NCBI GenBank assembly: GCA_028023455.1
Contig: JAQFVV010000005.1
Location: 19,964,001 to 20,028,000 of the forward strand
Source of the DNA: Epiperipatus broadwayi
Taxonomy: Eukaryota > Animalia > Onychophora
Direction: 5' to 3'
Length of the DNA: 64,000 bases
This document shows, one piece after another, positions 38,082 through 50,379 of this stretch. Every line of letters begins with the position of its first letter. The stretch's first letter is position 1. The notes beneath the pieces are model-generated. The model worked only from the letters and a program-made list of their open reading frames with translations. It searched no databases and was not told the origin of the DNA. Made by a program: the position numbers and the translations under genes.

Positions 38082-38385
38082 TATAGTAGGTAAATAATAA
38101 CGTGAAAGCTAAACACCTTCAAACAGATACGCTTTAAAAATGCTTAAGTGACAGCCAATCAGATGGAATAATGGCATCACATGGGACTCTAAATTCTAAA
38201 ACACAAGCCAGAACTATTAGAAAAAGATGTGTTTTAGAATTTAGAGTCCCATGTGATGCCATTATTCCATCTGATTGGCTGTCACGTAAGCATTTTTAAA
38301 GCGTATCTGTTTGAAGGTGTTTAGCTTTCACGTTATTATATATTATCTGTTTATGCTTAAATTTAATATATTTATAGTAGGTAAA
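38082..38385. mobile_element. Very young foldback insertion (family C)
   Basis: 111-bp arms 38095-38205 / 38228-38338 with one mismatch; right arm extends ~33 nt; 13-bp TSD TATAGTAGGTAAA (38082-38094, 38373-38385). Confidence 0.92.
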
Positions 38386-38767
38386 GTAAATTAATAGTAT
38401 AGATACTCATTAAAGTTTATAGATCTAAAATTGAGATGTTGGAATAAAATTATTTAAGAGAATTTTCATCAAATCAAGGATTATCCATTTGTCATAACCC
38501 ATAGTTACTTAGTTATACCAATCTGCTTTTTAACAGAAAACTTACAGAGATTATATTAATTCATTTTTCTGAAATTATTGTGTTAAATATTGTTTGTGTA
38601 AATGCTGAAATTTGATTTCGCTTATGGCTTCACTTTAGTTATCCAATCTTCTGGAAGATTGTGAAGAATTTTACCATATCCTTGATTTGCATAAGTAATC
38701 CAATTCTGAAACATATTGTATAATCAATTTTATGTATGTTAGTTGCTTTTTTTCAGTGCACATTTGC

Positions 38768-39891
38768 TATTAGCTATAATAATGTAGGGAATTTGAACAC
38801 GACCTTTTAAACTCCCTTTAGCTATCCATTCTATCTCATACAACCGATACATATGACCCCAAACATATGAAAAAAATGATCTCCAATAAAAGCATTTCAT
38901 GTTGAACCAGCACTCATCAGTTGATCCAGATCATTTCCCACACACATATGTAACCAATGCTCAGTTTATATTAAGATAGAAATTCTTTAAACTTTAATGG
39001 ACATGCTTCAATCTATTCCACTCTCCAACTGTTTAGCCATCCATACTATTGAAAATCTGATGATGGAACACACAAATCCCTTGTTAACGCCAATATTATT
39101 ATCATGTCCATGTTGGCTTTAAATCACTTTATTCTTTTAAATACACAAAAGAGGGATGGTCAGCATACAGTCTGAATCTGTAATTTTTGGATACAAGTAT
39201 AATTTATATAACTGGAGTTTACATGTAATATAGGTAACATGAGCTCAGATTTTCAAACTTCAGCTATCCACTCTATCTCATACAACTGATACACATGACC
39301 ACACTCATGAAAAAAATAAAAGATCTCATTGTCCATATTTTGTGCTAAATCAGCACTCATCGGTCCAGATCATCATCTCTTAATACATATGTATAATCAA
39401 TGATCAGTTTATATTAAGATAGAAAACCTTCCAACTTTAATGGACAGGCTTCAATCTCCTCCATCTTCCAACTCTTGAGCCATACATACCATTGAAAGTC
39501 TGATGATGGATAGGTGAAGGGAGTTTGAAAGTTTGTGTTCAATTCCCCTATATTACATCAAAACTCCAAGTACCAAATATTACAGAATCAGGGATTGGAC
39601 GTTCCATCAGATTTTCAATGGTATGGATGGCTGAAGAGTTGGAATAGATTGAAGTCTGTCCATTAAAGTTTGAAGATTTGCTATCTTTATATAAACCGAA
39701 CAGTGCTGGTTCAGCATGCAATATATATATATTGGAGATCATTTATCTTTTTTTCATATGTGTGTGGTCATGTGTATTGATTGTATGAGATGGAGCTGAT
39801 AGCCTAAAGGAATTTTAAAGTCTGTTCAAATTCCCTATATTATATCTAAACTGCAGATATATAAATTATACTTAAGTCAAATATTAGCTAT
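38768..39891. mobile_element. Family B compound insertion: ~1.7 tandem monomers (minus) plus an inverted, internally deleted arm (plus)
   Basis: CTATCTCATACAAC recurs at 38831 and 39273 (period 442 bp); hammerheads at 38878-38932 and 39322-39371; candidate 10-bp TSD TATTAGCTAT (38768-38777, 39882-39891). Confidence 0.88.
38878..38932 (-). ncRNA. Family B hammerhead copy retaining both CUGAUGA and GAAA (stem III decayed)
   Basis: Reverse complement GAUCUGGAUCAA CUGAUGA GUGCUG GUU CAACAU GAAA UGCUUUUA UUGGAGAUC. Confidence 0.7.
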
Positions 39892-40709
39892 TGCGTAAAA
39901 TATAGAAACCTTTTTTAACAATTATAGGGTAGAATGTTATTAATTTGAATATCGATTACTAAAAAACTTTTACTATTCAAACAAAATTTCAAAGGTAATC
40001 CAAACCTTTTAAAACAAGTTAGCTTGTACATACATTTGCAAATAAATTAATTAGCCTAATTACAATGAATTGCCTGTTTTTCCCTATATTTTAAACCAAT
40101 AACTAGATGATCAATTCTATAATTAATCTTTAACTAGCTTGATATAACTTTCTCCAATCATTTCTAACAAAATGGCATCCCATAATTTAGATCGTTTACT
40201 TAAGTTATTTTTTTTACAAATTCTTGTTTCAAGTTCAAATTTAATCTACAAAATATTTACAATGAACTAGGTATAGCACTAACCAAATGAAGGTTTTGTA
40301 CCTATGATGCATAGCAATTTTTACGTTACAGGTATATCATGATGTGTACAAATACATGTGATAGATCAAAATTATGTCGATTGATAGTCTGACTAAAATA
40401 TGCATGCACATATCTATACATTAATATATTAAATTATGTTTTTTTATACAAATATATACATTCATGTCACATATCAAGAGTTTATGGTCTAATTCACTTT
40501 ACATCTGTCTCATAATCTGGGTTCAAATCTAAGATTGATTTTTTAAAAACAAGTATGGGCTTTTTTCTTCAGATATCTCGTCCAAAATCAACTCAGTGAA
40601 ACATTTGTGATTAATTTTTAGCTAGAGACTGAAAAATAAAAAATACTCAAGCCTTTACAATCAGCAATTAACTAGCCTGGAAAATAATGCTTTTTTTACT
40701 TTTATTTTA

Positions 40710-41206
40710 TTAAGTACTGTATGGAGAGGTTTGCCTGTTTTAACAACAGTTATGAGCAAGCATAATAAATGGTGATCATGTGATGTTTAGTGGTTTAATA
40801 CCAATCCTGCCTAATAGGACAGTGCTCACTATGGTTATTAAAGAACCAAAGATACCAAAATGTATGGGTACTGAACTGAGTTCAGACCTGTATGGCTGTA
40901 TAAGCTACTGAGCTTGGATTGAAAATATTATTGTGTTTTCAATTTTAAACTCATAGTTTTATAGTTAAGTAGAGATAAAAGGTGGCTGTTAAAGAGTTGC
41001 ATTAGATCCTAAGGTCTAGGTGCAGTGCTCTCAGATTCAAGGTTCCATACTGACAAAAGCCAGAAGCCAGAAACTAGTCTGGGGATATTAGATGAATAAG
41101 CACTCGATAGGGATTTTATGCACAAGCCTTCTGACATCTATTGAGTATTCTGGCTTGCACTGAATGACACTACTGTATGGAAAGGTTTGCCTGTTTTAAG
41201 TACTGT
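40710..41206 (+). mobile_element. Family A insertion: one monomer plus terminal redundancy, non-inverted
   Basis: TACTGTATGGA(G/A)AGGTTTGCCTGTTTT at 40715 and 41171 (period 456 bp); TSD TTAAGTACTGT (40710-40720, 41196-41206); decayed hammerhead 41045-41084. Confidence 0.9.
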
Positions 41207-42148
41207 TGGAGAGGTTTTTGCCCTATGATTGGCTATTTCAAGTATGTTTTGTCTACTTACGAGAGAATTTATTAAAGATTTTGTCAAGGAATGTGTAAAT
41301 ATGACCTGGTATTGTATATATACAATTGTTTATTTACTTTATAAAAAAATGTTTCATGTATTACCTTAGCTTTGGGCAGTGATAGAGTGGTGGATTTAAG
41401 AATTAAAGTCCATAAATTGAAACTGTACTCTATCAAATGACCACACAAGAAGTGAAGTGTTCAATGTAATATTACTGTGTTAAACTTTAATGAGAAGTGC
41501 ACATTTTAAATCGGGCAGAACAATGGTGACTATTTTGACGGAGTCCCGTCTATCACGAAATAAGCAACGTCTCAATTCTCAGCCAAAAGAAAAATTTAAG
41601 ATATAGATTTTTTTGTCTTATGGTAGATATAAAAAAAAATCATTAAAAATTAAGAAGTGAATTGTATGATAGAGACATTCAGTAAACATTACATAAATTA
41701 AAAAATGAAATTTATAATTTGAATTAGATTGTTATCAAAAAAATTTATAAACTGTCGTACTGTAAAATAAATTTAAGTCATAGTTTTTGCATAGAAGTGA
41801 ATATTTATGACTATCATTAACCAGTAGTATGCTGAATGCTGTAACAGTAAAATCAAGTCTTTAGCAAGAAATACCTCAAACATACACCTGACTAAAATGC
41901 AATGTTGTGTGTTGCACATCTAGTATGTTAAAAATATTTTTTCTGTTTACATTTCAATGTATGTAATACATAACGTTTAACCATGTGTTAGAATATATTT
42001 GTAATAACTGAATATTTGTGTTAATATTAAAAATGCACACACGTATATAATTCGGCTATATATAGATAAATCAAATCAAATAAATAAATAACAAACTTTT
42101 ATTGATTTCTTCTAGCGCTTTCAAAGGTGTAACCTTCATTTTCAATGT

Positions 42149-42566
42149 ATGTTCTAGACTTAAAACAGGCAAAACTCTCTATACGTATTGCCACTTAGTG
42201 CAAGCCAGAATAATCAATAAATGCCAGAAGGCTTGTGCATAAAATCCCCATCTACTGCCTACTCATCCAATATCCCCAGACTAGTTTCTGGCATGTGAAC
42301 TTCGTCGGTGAGGAGCCTTGGATCTGAGAGCACTGCACCTACATCTTAGATTCAAGGCTCATCACTGATAAAGGCCACAAGCCAGAAACTTAGGCCGGGG
42401 GTATTGGATGAGTAGGCACTCGATAGGGATTTTATGCACAAGCCTTCTGGCATTCATTGATTACTCTGTCTTGCACTGAGTGGCAACACGTATAGAGAGT
42501 TTTGCCTATTTTAATAACAGTTAAGAGGAAGCATAAGAAATGGTGATCATGTGATGTTCTAGACTT
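42149..42566. mobile_element. Family A foldback with two opposed hammerhead relics (42274-42313 minus; ~42360-42400 plus)
   Basis: Arms ~42162-42345 / ~42350-42553; 13-bp TSD ATGTTCTAGACTT (42149-42161, 42554-42566). Confidence 0.92.
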
Positions 42567-45399
42567 GTTAAAATTTAGAAATGTGATATAAAATTTAATA
42601 ATCACTTTAATAATTGAATATAGTGAGAAATTGGGAAATATGTTACTACTAGTTTATGAAAGATTGAGTTCTCTATTGATTGATCTGATAATAATTCTAG
42701 CAAGTGATTATTAATTCCACAAAAAAAAAAAAAATTAAAGCTATGTGTGTTAGGATTTAAATAAATCTAAAATATATATTAAAAGTTAACTGGCATTAAG
42801 AGTGAAAAATGAGAGTAATTTTAATAATAATGGAACGGTGGTTTCACTTCTTGGGAGTTCACAGAAAATTCAACAATTGAAAGTGACTGCTGGGTTGTAA
42901 TCCATGATTTTTGGGCTTCAGAGTCCATCATTCTAAACATCGCCAAATCATGCAGAGCATTAATAAGCTTAATTTGTAAGACAAAAGTTTTCCATGAATT
43001 TAATTAATAAATACTTAATAATGAGTGGCACTATGTGAGATGCAACATAAAGAGGGTATATAATGTTTATTACCAAAAGTGATGGGGGGGGGGGAATTTA
43101 AATCAATGTTAAAATTATTAATGTATTAATTAGTCATTATATACATGTATAAACTAAAATGTAAAACTAAATTTCCAACCATCCAATTTTTTTTCTAAAT
43201 GTAATCCAGTTTTTTTTAAATCAAAGGAAAAGAGCAAGGCATTTTCAGCCTCTAAGACTCAAAGGAGCAAAGCTTTGCAAAGATTTTTGCATTACTATTT
43301 TATTTATGGTTGTTAGTAGTTTATAGTGTTTAAACTGAGATATCCCTTCCGGTGTTCATGCTACGTTATGTGCTTTTAGTTTGGTGGTATTCTATATCTA
43401 TTCTAGTATTGCAGATCACTATTCATTCTTTTGCTGTCAGATACTGATCAGACATCTGGAAATGCATTTTGAGCAAATGGTTTGTTATATCCATGTATGC
43501 ACATGTATTTAAGAAATAATAATAATGGATAAATAATAATAATAGTGAATAAGGAAATCACTCACACATGGATGAACAGGATAGAAATAAATATTGAGAC
43601 AATCAGATTCAAAGAAAGGTAAATTAAGAGTAGTAATATTGAGTAATAGCAAAAGGTTAGATTCTGGGGAAGTGATGTGAGGCTTATTTTATGAAATATT
43701 ACTTTAAAACGTTAATAATTGTTTGTTTTCTAGGAATAATTCAATACGTTTTCCTGTAAGATTAAAAGTAATTAAATATAAACTCATATGCTGACAAGGG
43801 TGAAATTAAAAAAAAAAACGGACAAAGAATGTGATCAAGAAAAAGATCAGCAATTGACTGAAGAAATCCAGAGAACAGAGGTCATGACCTTATTAGCCCC
43901 GGTTTGCAAATGTTTAAAGAAATGAAGATAATAAGAGAGCAGAAAAAATATAAATGATGCTGGAGAAAATGGAAGACATTGAAAAGACAGCAGAACAAAA
44001 AGAAGCAGATAATAAAAAGAGAAAAGAAAGTCTGTAAAGCAAAATAGAGGAAAGCAGTCAACAAAAGGAAGAGAATCAAAAGAGATTATTTAGGAATATA
44101 ACCATAATATAACACAAATGAGGCAGAAGGGTAAAAAGAAACTGGATAAGAAAACAAAAGATATATCACACACAGGATTTAATGTAGGGGGAAGCTGAAA
44201 TAATAGGTCAAATTACAGATAAACCAAAAGAATTAGACCAAAAAGACAAGTGGACTGAAACAATTTGAAGAAAATGGAAATAATGAATCAAAAGAATGAA
44301 GAATGGAAGAAAGGAATTGAGAAAACTATCAGAAGGGTCAAAAAAGAAATAACAGGAAAAGTACATGATCATATATCACAAGTAATATATAAAGCAGATA
44401 CAAAGAGATCTTTATTCAGTTTTTTCAAGGATAGATAGCACAATTGAAAGCACTGTCTGCTGGTTCCTTGTTAAATGGTCAGACACATAAGGTAATTCAG
44501 AAGAAGAAGTATTGAGCAGATAGTAAAATTACTGGAACAACAAACCCAAGAAGAGTTAGGAAGAAAGAATTTTGGCTCCTACAATTTTCAAAATAAAGGG
44601 TTACTGAAAATAAAAGGTGAAATTAATATAAAGAATCCAAGCTATCAAAAGAATTAATGGACATAATCCATGAGAGAAAGCATGAAGTAGAGGAAAGATT
44701 AATAGTAATTCATAGAAACAAGGACATTTTATGGGACTAACAGTGGAGACAATCTGAACAGATCACAATTACACCATCTCATTTTGACCCAATTCAGGCA
44801 TGATAATCAATCTCCAATTATTCACAGATTGAAAGACTTACTTGGACAGCCCTAGAGCATAGTACAGCACCGACAGTAATGTGACCATTAAGAATATAAG
44901 TTTAAAATAATGAGAAATCAAATCATCTCCATTTCATTGTCTCATCATTTTAAGGAAGGATATTGTAATATGGTACACAGTGGCCACTCTAGCCATATCA
45001 GATATTACAAGCTTATTAAAAGAGTAAATTTAAAATGAGAAATTATAAGAATTATATTTTTATCATGTTTTTTTTATAATAACAATTAGTAACATTTAAA
45101 GAATATATATATTAATTCAATGTTAACTGATGATGACTATTTATTGGGGTGATGATGTTTCATCACCCATATTTTTCCCATCATCAGCATTACATGTATT
45201 AGTAATATAATGGAATTTAATATTTTAGTTGTTTTTTTTTTGACAAACATGTGCTAAAATTTGAATAACAACATGTGTTGGGGTTATTACTATCAACAAT
45301 TCTTAGTTAAATGCTAGAAATAATCTATAGTTGATATAAAAATGAGGTTACTAAAAAATATTTAGAAACTGCTTTAATGTCATATCTATATAGCTATGC

Positions 45400-45575
45400 A
45401 AACAAATTGGATTGGATTAAAAAAATGTTGAGATTTTTTTGAATTTCAGACCATTAGCTTTAATGTTATAAAAAAGCAAAAAGTAAACACTAGACATATA
45501 AATGAATTAGCTCCAAGTTTGAATCCTAAATTTTTACTGAAGAAGGCAAAAGTCAGAAACTAAACAATCAATGTT
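45400..45575 (+). mobile_element. 3' end of an old PLE with a decayed hammerhead-like motif
   Basis: ELAPSLN (PLE endonuclease C-terminal PxLN-like) followed by CTGAAGA A GGC AAAA GTC A GAAAC. Confidence 0.45.
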
Positions 45576-47084
45576 GATATTACATGATATTATCTGGTAT
45601 GTATTGTTTTTTTTTTTTTCAGGTTTGTGTTAGATGACTCTAGAATAAGAGGAACACAGCTCCTGGAATTACTAATTGACCCAATGGACAGGTGTTTACT
45701 AAAAGTGCTTCATATTTTTTGTCTACAATCAGTCCTTATGCTTTCTAGGTTTATTTATTCATTAATTAACTTTATTAAAGTTAGAAGTATAATCTAAGGT
45801 TACTTCATTTGATAGCTAAATATTAATTTATGCCTTATATAATCAATAAATATTAATACAGGAGTTTTATATCGATGTATTAATATTCAGAGTACACAGA
45901 AACAATAAACAGAGAAAAAGGTTTTTAAAAAATCAGAAAAGTTGACATAAATGTAGTATTTGAATTTTCAAAAAATCCATTGAATTCTACAAAATATAAA
46001 CATTTTAATTACTGGTATCTTGTTTCATATCATTACAAACTAGTTTACTATTTACTTATCTTGCTTTCTCTTTTCTTATTTTCTCTTCATATTTTTGACT
46101 TACTTTCTTCAGTTACTTAGATTACTTTTCACCCTAGTTGTCTTTGACACTAATTGTGGCAATTGGAATATCTGTGTGAGTGATTACAAATCCATCTAAT
46201 TACATGTTTCTGATCTTTTTTTTTATTGTGACCTGACTTAATTGACAGGTTATATTTCTGACATCTTTATTCATTTGTTTGAAGTATAATAGAATTAAGT
46301 ATTAATTTTAAAATATATTTTAAAATCTTTTATTTTTTTTCATCTGAAGTTAAAATGACCACAATTGTTGTGAATGATGATGATGATGAGGTATTAAGTA
46401 ATAATTGAATAAATTTTTTACTTGTGAGATCATATGATGACATTTTCAGTACCCAAATGTCTTATGATACCCAGAATGACAAACATTCAATTATTTTTTA
46501 ATACGATCTATATATAAAAGGCAAAACAAAATAAAAGAAGATACAGATTTTACTTATGAAGAATTGTTAGAGGAAAGAAAATAAAGCATAATAAATATAT
46601 CAAATGATATTGATGCTTAAGAAAAATGAAAAGAATTAGGAATTACAGACTTATCAATATTCTGTCAAATTTTATATAAGATTATTGCTGAAGTTATTAA
46701 AACTGATCAACTGAGAACTTTGAACTCAAATTAACCATATGAACAATCTGAATTGAAAGTTCTTATTGCCTAACAAATTGAATACAAATATTAAGAGAAA
46801 TTTTTAAAAAATACCAATGAGTACGTGTTGTCATTGTGCTTTAGATTTCTGGCTTACGTAATGACATTTAATTTTTGCTATGTCCTGCCAGAACTGTCCA
46901 TACAAGTTGGCTTAACAGCAAATTAATATATAGATATAATTAAGACAAACCGTCTCTAATGGCCATGCTAAATAAACACTCTAAACAAAATACAGTATAC
47001 GGTAGTTATTGTATTAGATTAGCATAGGTATAACAGAGATTTTTAAATTTCATGGGTCAAAAAAAATCCAAAAATTGACTCTCC

Positions 47085-47208
47085 CATGGATTAATCGTGC
47101 CAGGATCTTAGTTGCCATGACAACATTGGCATGTTATCATCGATGACGTCTACCAGAAGGAAAATTGGTAAGTGTAATACATCATCGGTTAAATAATACT
47201 AAAGTACC
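47085..47208 (+). repeat. Dispersed ~125-bp repeat (second copy 56241-56363)
   Basis: CATGGATTA..C.TGCCAG.AT.TTAGTTGCCATGACA ... TAATACTAAAGTACC shared by both copies. Confidence 0.6.
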
Positions 47209-47879
47209 GCTAATTAATTATATATATTTAGATAGCTTAAACATTATTAGTTAATTCAAAGGCTTACATAAACAATAATTGATCAGGACAATCTGTACAG
47301 AGATCTACAATCTTTTGTTATTTACAAAGTAGATTTCTCTGGGACGTAACCCTATCTTTTTTAGTGTTGAACTTTCTCCAATGGTAATTATTACAAACAT
47401 TACAGCCAATGTTTTTTTAATTATGCACATTGCAATTAGTGCTAATTATATAAATATGATAATTGCACTTTGCTTAACTACAGCACTATTTATACTCTAA
47501 TAATCTGTTAACATACTCCACCCTTACATTACTTGGATACTAATTACAGAAGCATTTTAATTACTTTCAAATCCATTAGCATTATATAATCTGACTGCTA
47601 TGTTTATTTACTTACATTAATTCTAATTTAATTTGGAAGATAAGAAACCTTTCTCACTAGTGCTTCTGCACATATTAATAAACCAACAATCTGACACTGC
47701 ATTAGTAAAATTCATTGATTATTACATTCACTTGCTCTGTAAATGGACAACAATTTTATAAACATTTCTGCAGTGATTAGAGCTTTGGATCATCAACACA
47801 TAGATCAGGATATTATCATATTCTGAAGAATATTTATCACAGTGTAACTAACAGCAATGCATGGAGATACTAAGAAGAA

Positions 47880-48660
47880 GAATATTTTTAAAAAACAATA
47901 TGTCAAGGTGAGTCCATATCTTCAAAACTTTTTATAGTAATTGTAGGAGAATTTTAGAATTAAAATAATGATGATGATGATAGAGCTTATATGTCATCTA
48001 GATTTTGCAGATGGTGTGGTTGCTTTTACATAAAATATTTCAGAGCTTCAAGAAATGTAGCAAAAGCTATCAGATGAAGGTAAGAAAAAAGAACTAAAGA
48101 CAAATGCTAAAAAAGATTAAATAATGTTTATTGGCTTTTCAAAAAAGGAGAAAATAGAGAAGTCAACACTATAAAAAGTTTGTTTGGATTATGCATCCAG
48201 ATAGAAACAATATGTGAAACTTATCATAGAACTTATCTTGGCTGGAGTACTTTTAGTAGAAATAATTTAATAGTAAAGCAAAATATATCAATGTCGTTTG
48301 AAAAAGATTTTTTTTGATGAATGAATTTTACCAATACTTACGTATGGACACTTAGTAGAAGAGCAAGCAATAAGGAGAATGTAATGTGGGAAATAAAAGA
48401 AGAGATCAAATATGAGATATAGAGATGAAGAAAAAAAGAGTACATTGAACTTGAAAGAATTAAAAAGCTAAAATAGACTTGAGCATTAGATGTTACTAGA
48501 AAAGACAACAGTGGATAGGTATCTGAAATCTTAAACTGAATCTCAAAAGAAGTAAAAAAACATACAAAGAAACCAACAGTAAGGTGGATGGATGAAATAA
48601 GAATGTTTGTTATAGAGGGATTATATTTGGAAAACTTTTATCCTGATGTGGGTTGATAAA
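47880..48660 (+). mobile_element. Highly decayed RTE LINE 3' fragment
   Basis: CAAGGTGAGTCCATATCTTCAAAACTTTTT and GTCATCTAGATTTTGCAGATG match the RT motifs at ~14780-14910. Confidence 0.8.
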
Positions 48661-48719
48661 TGATTGAAAGTGATTGTGATAAGGCAAGAATATAATGAAA
48701 ATAGTAATCTAACTATCAA

Positions 48720-49900
48720 ACTTCGGGTTTGTACATCAATTTATTTATTAGTTGTTAGCGTTCAATACATATTTGGTGACGGTTTTATAAATACCAACTC
48801 TTATACGATCAACTGGAATCGTTGCCGACTTGATTAACCTTTAATGCAGTCTAACATCTCAAAGTCCTCTGTGGTTTGGCGCAGTGGGGAATGGCGGACT
48901 CTGGGTACCATGGATTGCGGCCCAACTTTGTCACTTTCGACATTCGATTTTTTATATATATATATAAATCCTCGAGCAATAAACTATTCGATTATTATTT
49001 TTTGAGGCAAACGTCAAAATAAGACATGATATGCCTTTTATAGATGACCGCATTATAATACATAAAAATTATTTTCTGTATATTTTTTATTAAATCATAT
49101 TCAGAAGATTGTTTGTTTGTTTTTTAAAAAATAATAATAAAGAAAAATCTTGTTCACGTAAGGACAACCCCATTTATTGAAAGACTAATATAATAGGTTT
49201 ACGCAATATGTTAAACTATTTACTCTTTTAAAAGGAAGAAAATAAGTTAGGTGGTGTTATCTTATTTACATTGTTTAATCATTTAACTTTCTATTAAGGC
49301 TTGAAGAACACTTCTAAAATATGTCAGTACATTTAGTAAATATAATTGGCGATAAACGTTTCTCAATCCCTACCCCCGTCTACATTTTCAAACGTTGCAC
49401 AACCTCCGATATCTCTACAACAGTCTTAAACAAATATAACTTGAAATGTCATTTATAACCCTGCGGGCGATAGACAAGTACCCATAGAAGCTAACCCACT
49501 TGAAAATGAATTAAACGTCAAAAAAGAAGTCTAGATCAATCTTATCGAATAAAAGAAACTTGTCGACGAAACATTGAAATTACGAATATAACATCAGATT
49601 ACGAACAAACAATCGCATTTCGGTTCACATTACGGTAATTTGTAATTGAACACGAATAATAATGACAACAATAACTTTTAATGACTGTTGTCAACAATTC
49701 AACATCTACATTGTATTAATAGTAATAATTTTTAATTGTTTTAGTGGACGGATACAGTATTTAATTTAATAAACGGAATCAGCCAATCAGTATAACAAAG
49801 CACGGTAAATAAAAGATTGAATTTATCCGCGAGCGATTCTAGGATCACATACTTTGGTAATCTGCGGAAATCAAAGAAATTAAATGTCAGTCGAAAAAAA
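48720..49900. promoter_or_regulatory. CpG-retaining, promoter-like region
   Basis: Visibly many CG dinucleotides against a CpG-depleted background; CCAAT box (AGCCAATCAG ~49781); no ORF. Confidence 0.4.
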
Positions 49901-50379
49901 ACGAATACTGAAATAAAAATACTGTTTGTATAGTTTGAAAAAATTAAAAAAAAGATCAGGAAAGCATTAAAAAAATAGTTTTGAGATAAGGATAAAATCT
50001 ACTGAGTTAAAGTTTATGACTTGTAGCTTTAAATATTTAAGAGTGGTTTAATATTTAAAAGGCCGTATGAAATAGTAATACATTCAATTACTAATTATAC
50101 CTTAAATTTAAACCCGACTGACAGTTAAAAAAAATCTTTTTTTAGATAGCTACAAATTTTACAAGCAGACTATGATTTTTTTTTTTTAAATAGCTAGCTC
50201 TTAACCAATCCAACTGGTCGGTGGAAATGTATCTAGTACGTATACATAGCAGCCACAAGTAAGGCCATTCTAGCTCCAATGAAAAAAAAAACTGCGTTAA
50301 AAATGAATTTTGGCATCGATTCTACAAACCAATATGTGAATCACAAATACGTTCACATAATAGAATATGATGGTTCATT

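Noticed and set aside
38203-38216. CACAAGCCAGAA in the family C spacer, identical to part of the family A hammerhead
   Set aside because: A 12-nt match with no surrounding similarity and no CTGATGA; probably chance.
48830-48935. GC-rich segment as a coding exon or HDV-like ribozyme
   Set aside because: All frames close quickly or lack good splice sites, and the HDV L3/P1.1/J4-2 motifs are absent on both strands.
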